A stretch of DNA of 64,000 nucleotides, from the NCBI RefSeq assembly GCF_009914755.1, contig NC_060940.1; one strand, given 5' to 3'. Within the stretch, counting starts at the first letter, position 1. Each line of letters begins with the position of its first letter. The position numbers and the translations under genes are program-made. The DNA is from the human T2T-CHM13v2.0 reference genome, Homo sapiens. Shown piece by piece: positions 1 through 14,518 of this stretch. A model generated the notes under the pieces. It was not told where the DNA came from. It searched no databases and saw only the letters and a list, made by a program, of their open reading frames with translations.

Positions 1-1135
1 TGCACCATTTGCCAACTGTGTGGCCTTGGCCAAGTCACTTCACCTGTCTCAGCTCTTATTTGTTTACCTCTAAGAGTAGGCATCAATACCTGCCTCACAG
101 AGCCGACATGAGAACTGGAGACAGATGACGCATGCATCGTGCCTGGCAGGAACACTTTGCTCAGTGAGTGATTGTCACCATGATCATTGTTTTTATCATC
201 TTGATAATTATAGTGGAACCTATTGAGGCATGGACCTTAGCAAAGTGGGAGCAGCTTTTGCTTTTGGATTTCCAACTCTCTGTATACAATGACCCCTACG
301 GAAGACCTCACACCTGTTTCAGAGAAGAGAATAATACCTGCCCCTGGGTTTGGCCATTTCCTTTGTCTTACAGTTGTCATGGGATCTTCACCCCTCCCAG
401 CTCCATTGGAAGGTCAGTTGCAGTGCAGCCCTTTTCCGGGGTAATAAGTTTTTAATGTAGACGCAATTAGTGAATAAGCAGTTGATTAGTTCATTACGAA
501 AATAGTGAAAACAACACCATTTGCGGTGGCAGAAGCTTCAGGAAGACAGATGCGTTCCCTTTTCATGTTATTGGCTGGGTCAGAATGCCAGGAAAGTTAA
601 CATATTTTACCATAATATTAAGCCCTTTTAACACTGAAAGGCCATTATGTTAGGAAAAAATCCCCCTCTGGGGTATTAATTAGAGAGATAGAGCTTTAAA
701 AAAATCATAATCCCATTAAATTCCTCTCTTATAGCCATTTTCATAAAGAATCCTTAATGTGAATTGTGGATGAAAAACCACAACTCTGGCTAAAGAATTT
801 ATGAAAAACACTAGGCAGCTGATGTATCATTTTTAAGAGGAGGAAAACAAAACATTTTATCAGTTTCCTGGCTTTGGATTTCTTAAACAATTATGAACAG
901 CCTAGACCAGAAGTCAGAGAGCAATGCCGTCTTTGTAGTATAGTCTTTAGCCTTCCCGAAAGCTAATGATGACATATGATTGCTATGGGTGGAAATGTAT
1001 GCTCTGTGTCCCAGCTTCGGATCACTCTCTTCTCTTGGGGCTTTCCTGGGTTGCACTGGGTTTCTGGCTGGCATGGCAGTCTGGTTATGAATCCTTACAT
1101 GCGTATTTAAAATAGGTATTTAAAATACATGTTCA

Positions 1136-1479
<344 letters not shown>

Positions 1480-1653
1480 CTATGATAAGTATCTACTGAG
1501 CCACTCTGCATGCCATATGCTGTGTGAGTGCCTGAGATACAGTGGTGAATGGAGTAGACAAGATCCCTGAACTCAGGGGCTTTGTGTTAGTCAATTTTGT
1601 GTTGCTATAAAGCAATACCCAAGACTGGGTAATTTATAAAGAGAATTGATTTG

Positions 1654-2210
1654 TGATGACAACACATGGATGCGTGGCAGGGAACAACACACACTGGGGC
1701 CTGCCGGGGGTGGTGTGGAGAGCATCAGGAAGAATAGCTAATGGACACTGGGCTTAATACCTAGGTGATGGTTGGTCTGTGCAGCAAAGTACCATGGCAC
1801 ACGTTTACCTATGTAACTAACCTGCACATCCTGCACATGTACCCCTGAATTTCAAATAAAAGTTTGTTTGTTTGTTTGTTTGTTTTTTGAGATGGAGTCT
1901 TGCTCTATTGCCCAGGCTGGAGTGCAATGGTGCCATCTCGGCTCACTGCAACCTCCACCTCCTGAGTTCAAGCCATTTTCCTGCCTCAGCCTCCTGAGTA
2001 GCTGGGATTACAGATGTGTGCCACCACGCCCAGCTAGTTTTTGTATTTTTAGTACAGATGGGGTTTCACCATGTTGGGCAGGCTGGTCTCCAACTCCTGA
2101 CCTCAGGTCATCCACCCGCCTTGGCCTCCCAAAGTGCTGGGATTACAGGCGTCAACCACCGCGCTGGGCCTAAAATAAAAGTTGAAGGAAAAAATAAAAA
2201 AAGAAAAAGA
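1654..2210 (+). mobile_element. 5'-truncated older L1PA/L1PB 3' end inside the MST LTR
   Basis: gggaacaacacacactggggcc...aacctgcacatcctgcacatgtacccctgaa L1 3'UTR motifs; degenerate TSD aaagaga(a)tt(g/t)atttg. Confidence 0.85.
1865..2170 (-). mobile_element. AluS inserted in the L1 tail
   Basis: Reverse Alu with (TTTG)n tail; TSD aaataaaagtt. Confidence 0.93.
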
Positions 2211-2695
2211 AAAGAGATTTATTTGATTCACCCTTCTGCAGGCTGTACAAGAAGCATGGTGCTGGCATCTGCTTCTGGTGAGGGCCTCAGGAAGTTTCCA
2301 ATCACGGCCAAAATTGAAGGGGAAGCAGGCGTGTCACATGGCAAGAGAGCCAACAAGAGAGAGACAGCAAAGATCCCAGACTCTTTTTAACAACCAGATC
2401 TCTTGTGAACTCATTAAGGTGGTGGAGAGGGTACCAAGCCATTCATGAGGGATCCACCCCCATGACCCAAACACCTCCCACCAGGCCCCACCCCCAACAC
2501 TGGGGATCACATTTCAACATGAGATTTGGGGCAGGGGAGAAAACATCCAAACCATATCAGGCTTCTAGTTCATGGAAAGCTACACATTAATCAACAAATC
2601 ACAGAGACTGGCGTGAAGTTGCAAATGGGGTAGATGTCATGGAGGAGGGACTTGTGCAGTGCTGGGAGAGTGAATGACAGGCCATTGATACAGCA

Positions 2696-2716
2696 GGGGG
2701 CGGGGGTGGGGGCGGG
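2696..2716 (+). other. Potential G-quadruplex
   Basis: GGGGG-C-GGGGG-T-GGGGG-C-GGG: four G tracts with 1-nt loops. Confidence 0.6.
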
Positions 2717-4367
2717 AGTCAAGGAAGCCCTTTCTTGAAGCTGACATGAAGGAAGGCAGGGGTGTGCTGATGAATGGGGGTGCTTCCAGCAGAGGAAATA
2801 GTACTTGCCAGGGTTCTGCCCTGGGAGAGAAAGAACAAACAGCATTTGGGGAAATGAAAGGAGACCAGGTGGCTAAAAGTTTAGCAAAGAGCAAAAAAGT
2901 GGGGAGTGACATGGCACGAGGCTGGAGGGGTGGATGGGGGCTGTGTGGGCCGGGTAAGGACTGTCATCTTTATCCTGAGAGAATGGTAACCACTGGAGCA
3001 ACGTAGGTGACATGATCATGTTTGCATATATGTGTTGACATTCGTATGCATATGATAAAATTGCAACATTGTGTGATGCTGAGTGAATAGCTTTCTCTCT
3101 CGGATTCTCTCCTCATTTGTTAAATGATACTAATAACAGGACTTACTTCTAGTTTTACAGTAGCTATTATATGAAATAACCCAAATGAAAATGCTTATCC
3201 CTAGTGTTTGGTATGCTGGATGTATACAAGGCAATTTTCTTCCTTCCTTCCCACTTTCTCTCCTTCCCTTCCTTTCCCCCCTTTCCCTCCTTCCCTCCTC
3301 TCTTCTGCCTTTATAAAATGAGCTAACTGAATATATCTTGCTTCTTTTAACTTTAGGACTCAGGGCTGTTTTCTTTTTCAATAGGTACTCTTCTTTGTTT
3401 ATTGCTTTTATTAAATCAGTTGGTTATCAAATCAGTCAATCAGTGAGTATTAAATGGGCACTAACTTTATGCTTGGTTTTGCAGAGACACTTAAGATGCC
3501 TAGGGGATTGGAAGGCTTCCTAGTTATAACACCTGCACATCTTTGTAGTCCAAAGTGCACAAGAAGTCCTTAATTAAACAGGTGGCTTTAGGAATAGATA
3601 CTAAATAAAGCCAGGTAACTGGCTGGTTGTTCATCCTCAAGGGAATTAGTAACTGAGTCATTAGTCGTAGCATATAATCAACGTGTGCATGAAGCCTCTT
3701 TAAATATGTGCAACCATCTTGACTTTGGTCTTGACTATTTCCTCTCTGTGTCACCATCTAGGGCTCCTCAGTTTCTTTTTTGTGTGTGTGAAATAACAAT
3801 GAAAACACCATTTCACCATCACCTTCGTGCTGGCAAGAAGAGCCGTCGTTGAGTCTTCCAGCAACAATGTCAGCCTGGTTTCGCGTCTGTTTAGGCCCAT
3901 GAGAGAGTACCAAGAACAATCATATGACTTAATTACAATTCACTTATCTTGATGATTTTTTTTTTTTTTTTTTTTGGTAAATAATCTTGATGTAAATTCC
4001 TAGTGGGCCACGAGAGAGGAGGCGGGATTGTAATGAACTGGTGATGAAGTGGAAATATTTTGAAACGCCGAATAATGTATTTTGCTTGTCACCTAATTAC
4101 TTTTCTTCTGCCTAATAGCACATTTCATAATATCTTACTTCCCGATCTGTTCAACTGGCAATAAAAATTCTTTTTTGTGATTGCCGTGTGCTCCCAAGTA
4201 AAGACCAGTGCATTAGGAGCTCAACATATAATGATGCTTTAATGACCCCGATAATGTCCCTTTTATCAAATGGAAAAAGGAGTTTGTTTCATTGAAAATA
4301 CATTTTCTTCTCTGTATGAATATTATTTGAAAAGGAATTGTTTATCAGTCAGAAGAGATGCACGTGC

Positions 4368-4586
4368 GCACACACACACACACACACACATTCATTCTCA
4401 CTCATTTACCAATCCAGAAACAAAGAGTTTTTAGGTTTTGATTAACACCTTAGCGTTAACAATGCAATATAAACACACAGAAATGCTGAAGGTATCCCAG
4501 AAGAACAAAACTCTTATATGCTTTGATATATATATATCCTATATATTTCAGACACTACAATGTGGAAATGGCATGTATGTGTGCAT

Positions 4587-4620
<34 letters not shown>
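4368..4620. repeat. Two (CA)n microsatellites (~4368-4390 and ~4588-4620)
   Basis: Direct reading. Confidence 0.9.
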
Positions 4621-4622
<2 letters not shown>

Positions 4623-4742
4623 TTTCCTAATTGTAGATTAGATTGGTTGCATGTTTACCATGTTCCAGGACCTGTGCTGATAATAGGAGTGTAAAGAACA
4701 AGAGGACACTGTTTCTGCCCGCGTGGACCTAACAATCTAGAT

Positions 4743-4958
4743 CAGCAGTTCTTAACTGGGGGCAATTTTGCTCCCCACCCCTATTTGGGGATATTTAACA
4801 ATGCCTAGAGACATTTTTGGTTGTCACAACTTGCAGGAGGCAGTGGGCAGGGATGTGCTAAGCTCCTGAAATGCACAGGACAGTCCCTTATCACCCACCC
4901 AAGCCAAGAGTGAGTTTTCCCAAGATGTCAATTGTGCCGAGATTTGGAAACCGAGGTC
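4743..4958. mobile_element. MER20 (hAT) DNA transposon
   Basis: cagcagttcttaactgggggcaattttgc...gagacatttttggttgtcacaact...caagatgtcaattgtgccgag signature. Confidence 0.8.
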
Positions 4959-6291
4959 TAATGGAGAAGACAAATGAAAAACCCGGCAATTACAACAGAG
5001 TCAGGTCAATGTATTCTAAGCCAGAGGAAGTTCACAGGGCTGTTAGAGGAGAGTGGTTGAGCATCTCACCCAGCTTGGAGGTTCAGGGAGGGCTTCCTGG
5101 AGGAGATGATGGCTGATTGGAGTGACAAACTAGAAGAAGAAATGGGGAAAAGGTGTTCTGGGAAACTTAATGCTGACTGAGGAGTCGGAGTCCTGGCAGA
5201 TTCCACAGTCTGGGACGTGCTGGGGCCTTAAAAAGTCATATCACCTCTCTAGGCCTCAGTTTCCCATCCCCACCCTTCATTCTCAATAAAATGAGCGGCT
5301 GGACTGGTTGATCTCCAAGGTCTTTACTAACTTGATATTTATTATCCTACACCTCTGGCTTGTATAAACTTGTAAAATATAGCATTTGTTTTTTGTTGTT
5401 TTGGTTTGTTTTCTGGGTTTTAATTTTCATTATGGGGCCTTCTCATGCAACCATTTCCAGCCTCCTGTTTGTTTACCCAACAAAAACATGACTCTCCTCT
5501 GGTCCTGCCTTATGCTGGGCTCTGGGAACCCAGATATTCCTCCTCCTCATGTACCTTGCAGTCTGGCCCCAGATCAGTTCACAGAAGCTCCCTTTCATCA
5601 CTGTCAGAGTCCTTGACTGTCTCTTGGGAGTTAAGGAGCTGTAAGCCCATTGGTGCCTATACCTCTTCCTTAAGACCATGTTGGTCCTCAGAGAGATAGC
5701 GATGGCCTGAATTAAGGCAGGCAAACTGGAGACAGAACTGGGGGCAGGGATGAAGGCTAAGAAATTTGAGAAATATTTATGAGAAAGAATCTCCAGGACT
5801 GGACCCCTTACTGGGGATGGAGGGATGAGGTGATGGAGAAGCCCAGGAGGGGTTTGGACTTGAGAGGGTGAGTAGCAATGCCCTCCTCTCACATGGGGTG
5901 AGGTGCAGAGGGAAGACGCTGGTTTTGTAGGAAGATGAAATGATCTCTCTCTTGCTTCCTGGTAAGGGGACCAGGGAGGCCTGTGGGAGTGTGAGAGGTC
6001 CAAAGGAGCCAAGCTGATTCCTTTATAATCTCTGGATCCAAGGCAGCTCTGAGATAGAAAAAGAAAGACTCCTTATGTGGGGAAAGGGTCCCTTATATTC
6101 CAGGTACTTCCTGAGCTTCCATAAAAGACTTAGGCAAAGATATGAGAGAAATTTATGACTGGGTCCTCGTCCTCAGCACAGGACACAAAAAGAGGCTTGC
6201 ATTTAGCATGAAATAATCTCAGCTTCAGTCCCAGAGCTGCCTATCGGATGCTAGCTCTTGGCTTCACTTTCCGTCTTTTAAAAAAGGTCTG

Positions 6292-6647
<356 letters not shown>

Positions 6648-7202
6648 CTATAAGGAGTAAATGAGAGAATGGATGACAAAAGTTATTTGCAGGCTGGGAA
6701 GTTGTGTGATTTGAGTGAGACACGCCCAGGTGAGGGTTCTGAGATGGGTACAGATTCAGTCTCGTGCCCACAGCTGGCCAGGAAGAAGGTGAAGGTTACT
6801 GTGACTTGTAAGAGAGGCAGGGCTGATTGAAAGTTATTTTTCAACTGGTCTTAAAGGAACTTGGAATATTAGCTCCAGTATTTCTCTGCATGGGCACGGT
6901 GAGCACATTGGGTGGGATGAATCCCTGTGGGACACCACACATTGCAGGACATTTTAGCAAACCTGGTGCCCAATGCTAGTAGCCTCCCCTGCATCACTTT
7001 GATAATAAAATATGCCCCCCCACACTTTCACGTGCTTCCAAGGGTGGGTGGGGGCTTTCCTTAGAACGTCACATGTGAGGAGACCAAGCAAGAGAGAGAA
7101 ACTAGTTAGGTACAAATCCAGAGGGCTATTGAGTTGGCAGAACTGAGATTTGAACCGAGGTATGTTCTCACTCTCCCTCTGTCTCTTGCCAAATCAAATC
7201 TC

Positions 7203-7279
7203 TAAAGTTACATTTAAATGTAACTTTAAGTAGGCATAGCATTTTTTTCCTACTAAAGTTACATTTAAATGTAACTTTA
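7203..7279. repeat. Two copies of a perfect 26-bp palindrome within a larger inverted repeat
   Basis: taaagttacatttaaatgtaacttta at 7203-7228 and 7254-7279. Confidence 0.95.
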
Positions 7280-8865
7280 AATATCTTTTTTATAACTTAG
7301 CTTAATTTCCGTGTTTTTTTAATAAAAACCTGCCTAATGTTAAAAACCTCTATTAGTTGATTACAATTTCTTTACTCAGTTTATTCTACCTTTATCCTTG
7401 TCCCTAAGACTGTATCTAGATTTGGAGGGGGCTTATATAGCCAGGCATATTTTGGGGGGTCTAGGTATGGCCTTTGATCATTATGTGCCTACAGTCAGTT
7501 CTGCTAACCAGTTTGGTTTTTGACTGACACGAGTCATCTGTCCTGGACACCTGCAGAGGTGCCCATTTTAATCTCTTTGGTCTCTGATCACACAGGTCAC
7601 ACCACGCCTACTTCTCTACCTCCTCGTCCTGACCCCAAAGTCTTTCCAGGTCTCACAGTCCACTCTCTTTAGAACCTGGATCTTAACCAATGCCTGATGC
7701 CACCACTCTTGTGTTTGATGGTTTTATGCCCTTCAGGGCCAAGTGCCACTCACAGACACTGGGAAGTCCAGCCCAAAACAGCCAGACAGACCCAGGAACA
7801 CGGACCCACAGTGGGAGTTCTGAATTCAGCCCAAGGCTTGGCCCCCTCCTGCTTACATAACTAGTGATGCCCATTCCATCTCTGAGCTGGCTTTTTGACT
7901 CACCACTGTTTTTTTTTTCCCCAAGAAGTAAAATGTAATTAATTGCAGGCTTATTGTTATATTATAACCTCACATGGGGGAGTGGGTGGTAGGGTGGGCC
8001 GAAGCTCAAGACAGATAATGGCCTTGTAGATCTGCAACCCTCAGATCACCCACACCTCTTCTCCCCTCTCTGTTCTTAATCTAATGTTGAGACAATAATG
8101 AAGCCATGATGCTGAGTCGCTGTTATTCATCTGAGTGGTTACTCGGAGGCTGGGGAGGACACATGACTCCAATTACAGACTGTCTCCCAGCTTTTGATCT
8201 TTGAGGGCTCAGAGCTGGGGATCCTCTGAATTTGCTGGCTGGGGAAAGCCTGATTCTCTCTGCATTTCATTTTCTCAGCTCAGCCCACCATCAGGAAAGA
8301 TCTGTGATCCAAGGTGAAACTCTCAGAAGTGGTGGGGAATTTGAGGGTTATGAAAATCTGCACTTTGTTTGCACCAGGGACAGTGTACAGAACCCCCTCT
8401 CAGAGAACATATTAGCAGCTCACTTAATTGCTCTCTGATCTTTTTCCTCTCCTAGAGCCCAGATTCTTCATACCTTCTGGACCAGAAACAAAACCTAGCT
8501 CAGCAAATGCTCATCCATAGCAATACGAAGTTTGGAAGCTCAAAATCTTAGAATGGCTCTTTTGAGGTCTGATCCTGTTGTGCAGACTCCCCACAGAGAC
8601 TATGGCTGCCCTGTGGCCATCTGCTCAATAACAAAGTATTGCCACTGTATACAAAAATGGGTGGGGGAAAAAAACATTCAGTTCTTCATAATATCCCACC
8701 TCATGTGAATTAGGCAAGACTAGTGCTCAATACTTCTACTTTTATTTTATTTTTTTTAAAAAGCGCAATTGAAAGCATATATCTACTCATACGATTTTCC
8801 CTAACTGATACCTGTCTTGCTTACTAGATTACTGGCTCCTGGAGGCAAGAACTAGGTTCACGGTG

Positions 8866-9178
8866 TTTTTGTTTGTTTGTTTGTTTGTTTGTTTTGTTGA
8901 GACAGAGTCTTACTCTGTCGCCCAGGCTAGAGTGCAATGGCGCAGTCTAGGCTCACTGCAACCTCTGCCTCCTGTGTTCAAGCGATTCTCCTGCCTCAGC
9001 CTCCCGAGTAGCTGACACTACAGGCAATCGCCACCATACCTGGCTAATTTTTGTATTTTTAGTACAGAAGGGGTTTCACCATGTTGTCCAGGCTGATCTG
9101 AAACCCCTGACCTCGTGATCCACCTGCCTTGGCCTCCCAAAGTGCTGGGATTACAAGCATGAGTCACTGCGCCCGGCC
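8866..9178 (-). mobile_element. AluS
   Basis: Reverse Alu with (TTTG)n tail. Confidence 0.93.
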
Positions 9179-10249
9179 AGGTTCATGTTTTGTAACTGAG
9201 GTTGTTCCAGTCCCTGGAATGATGCTTTGCACATAGAGATATTTCAAAAATATTATTGAGTGAACAAATGAACGAGTGAATAATCACATCGATTTTGAGG
9301 TTCTTTAAAGAAGAGAAGGTGCTTGAACTTGAAGAACACTTGTGGGCACAGACAAAGGAGCTAGGGTATTTTATTCTTCTCAAGTTGCTCAGAGCATTCT
9401 CCTCCATCCATGGATCAGCTACAAGGATGGGTCAGGTGCACGTGTGGAGAGAGAAGTAATCTAGAATTCTAGAGAGTTGGCTTTCATCTTGACATATTTG
9501 TAGGGTGACCATGAGTAAGCCCATCCCTCTCTCTGGGTTTTTTTTTTTTTTCTTTTCATCTGTTAAATTTTTAATGGGACTGAAAGAGTCTTCAAGGTTC
9601 CCAGTTCTACTATCTCCTGACGATGCTTCTGCCTCCCATCTTGGGCCCCACGTTTTACAAGTTGCTTCTTCCAATCACTCTCCAAGCTCCCGACACAGCA
9701 GATGGAGCTGGTGCCCGCCCACGACTGACAGATGAGCCTCATTTACAGCCCTCAACATTTAACCATTTGGCTATTTGGCAGAGTCATCTAGCTCCGAGAT
9801 GCTGGGAGAGTCCTCCCCGTCCCCAGCAACACAGACAACTTCCCACTCCCAGGTCTCTGCTAGTGCCGGGGACCTGGGAATGTGAAACAGAGAAGCCAGC
9901 CTCCAGCCTTGGGTCTACAAGGCCTTAGAGGGAAACCACATTTGAAAATAGTAATATTTCCCAGAGAGCAGAAGATGATGGGGAGGTGTCTGGACATACA
10001 TTAATTAGCCAGCTTGGTCTATTTCCAGGTCCATGTTTTCAGAGGCCAGGTTTTTGTTGTTGTTGTTGTTGTTGTTTGTTTTTTTCTGCCCTATTTAGTA
10101 ATAATATCCATAATTCTAGAAAAGCCTGATGTTAAATGTAAGGTGGTCTAAGCATTGAAGCAAACTTTCTTCCTATCTCAAAATCATTGAGTTGTTGATG
10201 TCTAAGGCTTTGAGTAACCACTTAACTCTATAACAACATCATCCCTCTA

Positions 10250-10555
10250 GGCTGGGCATGGTGGCTCACACCTGTAATCCCAGCATTTTGGGAGGCCGAC
10301 GTGGGCAGCTGATTTGAGGTCAGGATTTCTAGACCAGCCAATATGGCAAAACCCTGCCTCTACTAAAAATAAAAATAAAATTAGCTGGGTGTGGTGGCAG
10401 GTGCCTGTAATCCCACCTATTCAGGAGGCTGAGGCGGGAGAACAACCAGGAGGCGGAGGTTGCAGTGAGCTGAGATCACACCACTGCACCCCAGCCCAGG
10501 TGACAGAGCAAGACTCTGTCTCAATAAAACAAAAACAAAACAAAACAAAACAAAA
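10250..10555 (+). mobile_element. AluS
   Basis: Alu arms with (CAAAA)n tail. Confidence 0.92.
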
Positions 10556-11627
10556 TCTCTCTGATGTCTGTTGAGTGCTGGCTCTGTGCTAGTCATAAAC
10601 ATCTCTACATGCCTTATCTTATTTTGTCCTCACAACACCATTAAAAGATAGATACTATGATTACCACTGTTTTATAGCTGAAGAAACAGAGAATCAGAAA
10701 TGTTAAATTTATACAGTCATAGAGCTACCAGAAGGAAGAACTAGGACTCACACCTAAGAAAATCAAAGCTCTCTTCCTTGCCTTCTCAGGTGATTGAGGA
10801 GAAATCCTCTGTTAATACTCCTGCCTCCTGGCCTTGGCTCCAATGATGGTCCCCTGGGAATGACAGTGGGGCTGTGGGAAAGGCAAAGGTTCTCTCCAAT
10901 TTGTTCTATCAATTAATGATTTTGAGATTTGGTGTGGAAATCCAAGAATCTATGACCCCATGAGAAAATTAAAGGATGAGATGGGGCCATTGAATGGGAG
11001 CAGATCAGAATCCAAAGAGGAAAGGTTAGAGTGTAAAATTCCCTCTACTGCGTCTTCCTGGCAGGATGTGGGTGTTTAATTACTGTGTTGAGAGCAGGAT
11101 TGAATAAGTGGGACAAGACTGGAAATGTTTGTTTAGGGGCTGTTCCTTTAGGCTGATCTGGACCCAGGGCATTGATGATGGTTTTACAATGTGAGAGAGC
11201 TATCAGGTGGGTAGGAAACTCTCCTGAGTCTGTGAGGCAAATGACCTCTGGCTAATCAAGTTTCTTAACTAAGATTGCCTGAGAACTTAAGATGTAGAAC
11301 TCCACGAAGCAGTCAGGTCTGGACATTTACAATGTACGTGGAACATTTGTTCAATGAATGTAGACACTGTTTAACACTTCTACACTTTCAATACTTGGCT
11401 CCTATGAAAAGGTATAGATATATTCAGAGCCTCTGCCGCCTGTCTGGCTTCTAAGCTACACTGCCTATCCACATTCCTGTTGAGAGATATTTGCTGTGTT
11501 GACTGCTACATAACTCTGTCCCCACACCAGTTTACAGAAGTTTGGACCAGGGGTGCAGGACACCTAACCCAGAGGGAGCCTGTCCATGGCTGACCTTGGT
11601 GCTTAGAGTGAAAAAGATAAACTGATC

Positions 11628-11925
<298 letters not shown>

Positions 11926-12473
11926 AAACTGATCAAATGAGATCAATTTGTGGAACTGAAAATGAGAGACTGAGCCATCCTTATGGAATCAGGATTATCA
12001 ACACTACACAGAGTGCTAAGTAGGATTCTACATTCCATGTCCCAGGAAATTGATGTGGGGGACAGTCTCCTTTCCAGATGGAGAGTTATTCCTGCTTCAG
12101 GAGACACCTGATGGAATCATAGTCAATTGGAGTAACATTTGGAATCGTGCACTCAGTGTTAATTCACTATTTTTTTTCATCCAAAAACGTTCTGAGCAGT
12201 TACCATGGGCTAGAAATTGTGCTGGATACTGGCATTAAACCAGTAGGCAAAATAGATATTGTTATTGCACATCCAGTGGGGAAGACAGGTATCAAATAAT
12301 CCTGCAAATAAATATATACATTTTATAAACTATGATTATGGAGGAAAATAATGGGTTTTATTGTTACCATTATTTTTGTTGTTTATATAATCATAATAAT
12401 AATTATAATTACTATGGTGGGTAGAGCAGATTTATATGGGAGATTAGGCCCAAGAAAGTCTTTCCTAAAATAA

Positions 12474-12478
<5 letters not shown>

Positions 12479-12548
<70 letters not shown>

Positions 12549-12551
12549 TAT
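12479..12551. repeat. Compound (TA)n(CA)n microsatellite
   Basis: Direct reading. Confidence 0.95.
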
Positions 12552-13864
12552 ACGAGCAAAGTACAAAAAGATGAATGGGAAATCAAGAGAAGTGAGAACA
12601 TTCTAAGCAAAGGGAAGAATGTGTATGAAGGCTGTGAGGGGGGAAATCACATATTTGAAGGTTTAAATGAGGGCTCAGCTTGCTGGGGGATAGAGATCAA
12701 TGGGAAAGGTAATGCCATGTGTCTGGAGAAGTTGGTAGGTGCGGGATCATGCAGGACCTTGTCATACATGGTATGGGTTTTGATTTTATTCTAAAGTGCA
12801 GCGGGAATTAGTTAAGGGGTCTGAAGCAGGGGAATGATGTCATAGCTCGTGTGTTAGAGATTACCCTGACTTGTGAGTGGTTAATGGATTGGAAGTGAGT
12901 GAGAGAAAGAGAGGTATCTCAATAGGAGGTCCAGGTAGGAAACAATGCTGGTTTCATCTAAAGAGGGGGTGATGGAGATGGGGAGAAGGGGGATAAATTT
13001 GAAAAATGTTTTGAAAGGAGAATCTGAAGGTCACAACCTTTAAAATACCCTTGAGATGTGTGTGTTGGGCAGGAAGGGATTCAAGATTCACTTAGAATTA
13101 TTTTAAGGGAACCAGCAAAGAATGAAGAGTGACATTAGGTGGAAATTCAACAAAGGTTTTGTTCCATGCGAGCAATAAGTATGGTGCAAAACAGCCATCA
13201 GGTGTGCAGGGACTGACGTGGGGAGGCAGAAATCGTGCCAGAGCCAATGGTGACCAGAAGCTACATAGTGATGGAACATCTAGCAAGCTCAGAGTAAATA
13301 TGTAAAGAAAATAATTATGTCTGGGACATCCCAAGTTCTAACAATAGGTTTCACCTAAGTTGCCATAGTATCTCTCATTTATCTTTGTGGGTTCATTTTT
13401 GCCAGATAGTTTTGAAAATGGGGACTTCCTATAAAATAAGTGTCATTATTCTTATTTTATCGGTGAGGGACAGGGGACATCAGAGAAGTTAAGTAACTTA
13501 CCTGAGGTCACATAGCCAAAAACTCCAAGCCTGGAGCTCATTGTATAAAACCATCCTCTGGGTTTAGGAATGTTTAGCTGAAAGAAGAACCTTTCCTTTC
13601 CTCTTTGATCAGGCATTCATATCACTTGCCCCTTTTTATTTTCCAGCAGGTCTCAGTGTATCCACTAATGATGATGGTGACCGGTTAGGTTTATAACACT
13701 GAGTCAAAGGTATAAGGGTTCTATTTTTCCTCTGATGGCCTCAGTTGTAGTAAATGTTGGGATTTCAGGTTAAAGTTCATCTCATTTGATTTCTTATAAA
13801 TTTGGAATTGGAGCTTATGCAAATCTAGTGTTTCAGATATACAAACTAAGATGTTTTTCTGATG

Positions 13865-14518
13865 TCATTGCTGTGTACTGAACCACTCTACAACTTAATA
13901 AGCAATGGACACAGACCTCCACCACTAGGTGGAAAAAACGTCAACATCACTTTGCAAAAAATGCATTTGAGAGAGGGAGATATTGTGATGACCATCTTTG
14001 GAAACTTAGTAGCTTAAAACAACAACAACAAAAAACAATCATTTTATTATCTTCCATAGTTCTTGGAGTTGACTCTGTTCAGCTGTGCAGTTCCCACTCA
14101 GGGTCTGTCACACAGTTGCAGTCACACAGTGACTGGAGCAGAAGTCACCCTGAAGTTGCTTCTCTTACATGTCTGGCAATGGATACTGGCTGTCATCTGG
14201 AACTTCAGCTAGGGCTGTTGGCTGGAACATCTACACGTGGCTATTCATGTAGCCTGGGCTTCCCTACAGCATGGCCACTGAGTCCCAAGAAAGCAAGTAG
14301 AATTGCCTGGCATTTGATGACCTAGACACAAAATTCACAGGGCATAATTTCTGCCCTACTCCATTGGCCAAAGCAGTCACAAAGTTCTGCCTAAGTTTAA
14401 TAAGAAGGGCCACAGACCTCCACCACTAGGTGGAAAAAATGCCAACATCACTTTGCAAAGTCCGTATGAGAGAGGGAGATATTGTGATGGTCATCTTCAG
14501 AAAATACAATCTGCCACA
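13865..14518 (-). mobile_element. MLT1-family MaLR LTR with an internal duplicated segment
   Basis: cattgctgtgta...aacttagtagcttaaaacaac...cattttattatc...aaaatacaatctgccaca, typical of reverse MLT1. Confidence 0.7.

Larger units (their letters stand above)
1583..2559 (-). mobile_element. MST-type MaLR solo LTR, interrupted by L1 and Alu
   Basis: tgtgttagtc...gggtaatttataaag start and ...ccaaaccatatca end. 5-bp TSD GGCTT at 1578-1582 and 2560-2564. Confidence 0.85.

Noticed and set aside
5473-6012. 179-aa minus-strand ORF
   Set aside because: Lies in L2-like degenerate sequence, starts at a non-ATG codon, and has no recognisable domain.
13919-13936. CCACTAGGTGGAAA CTCF-like motif (also at ~14420)
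   Set aside because: Lacks the conserved C after GGTGG and lies in an LTR; weak.
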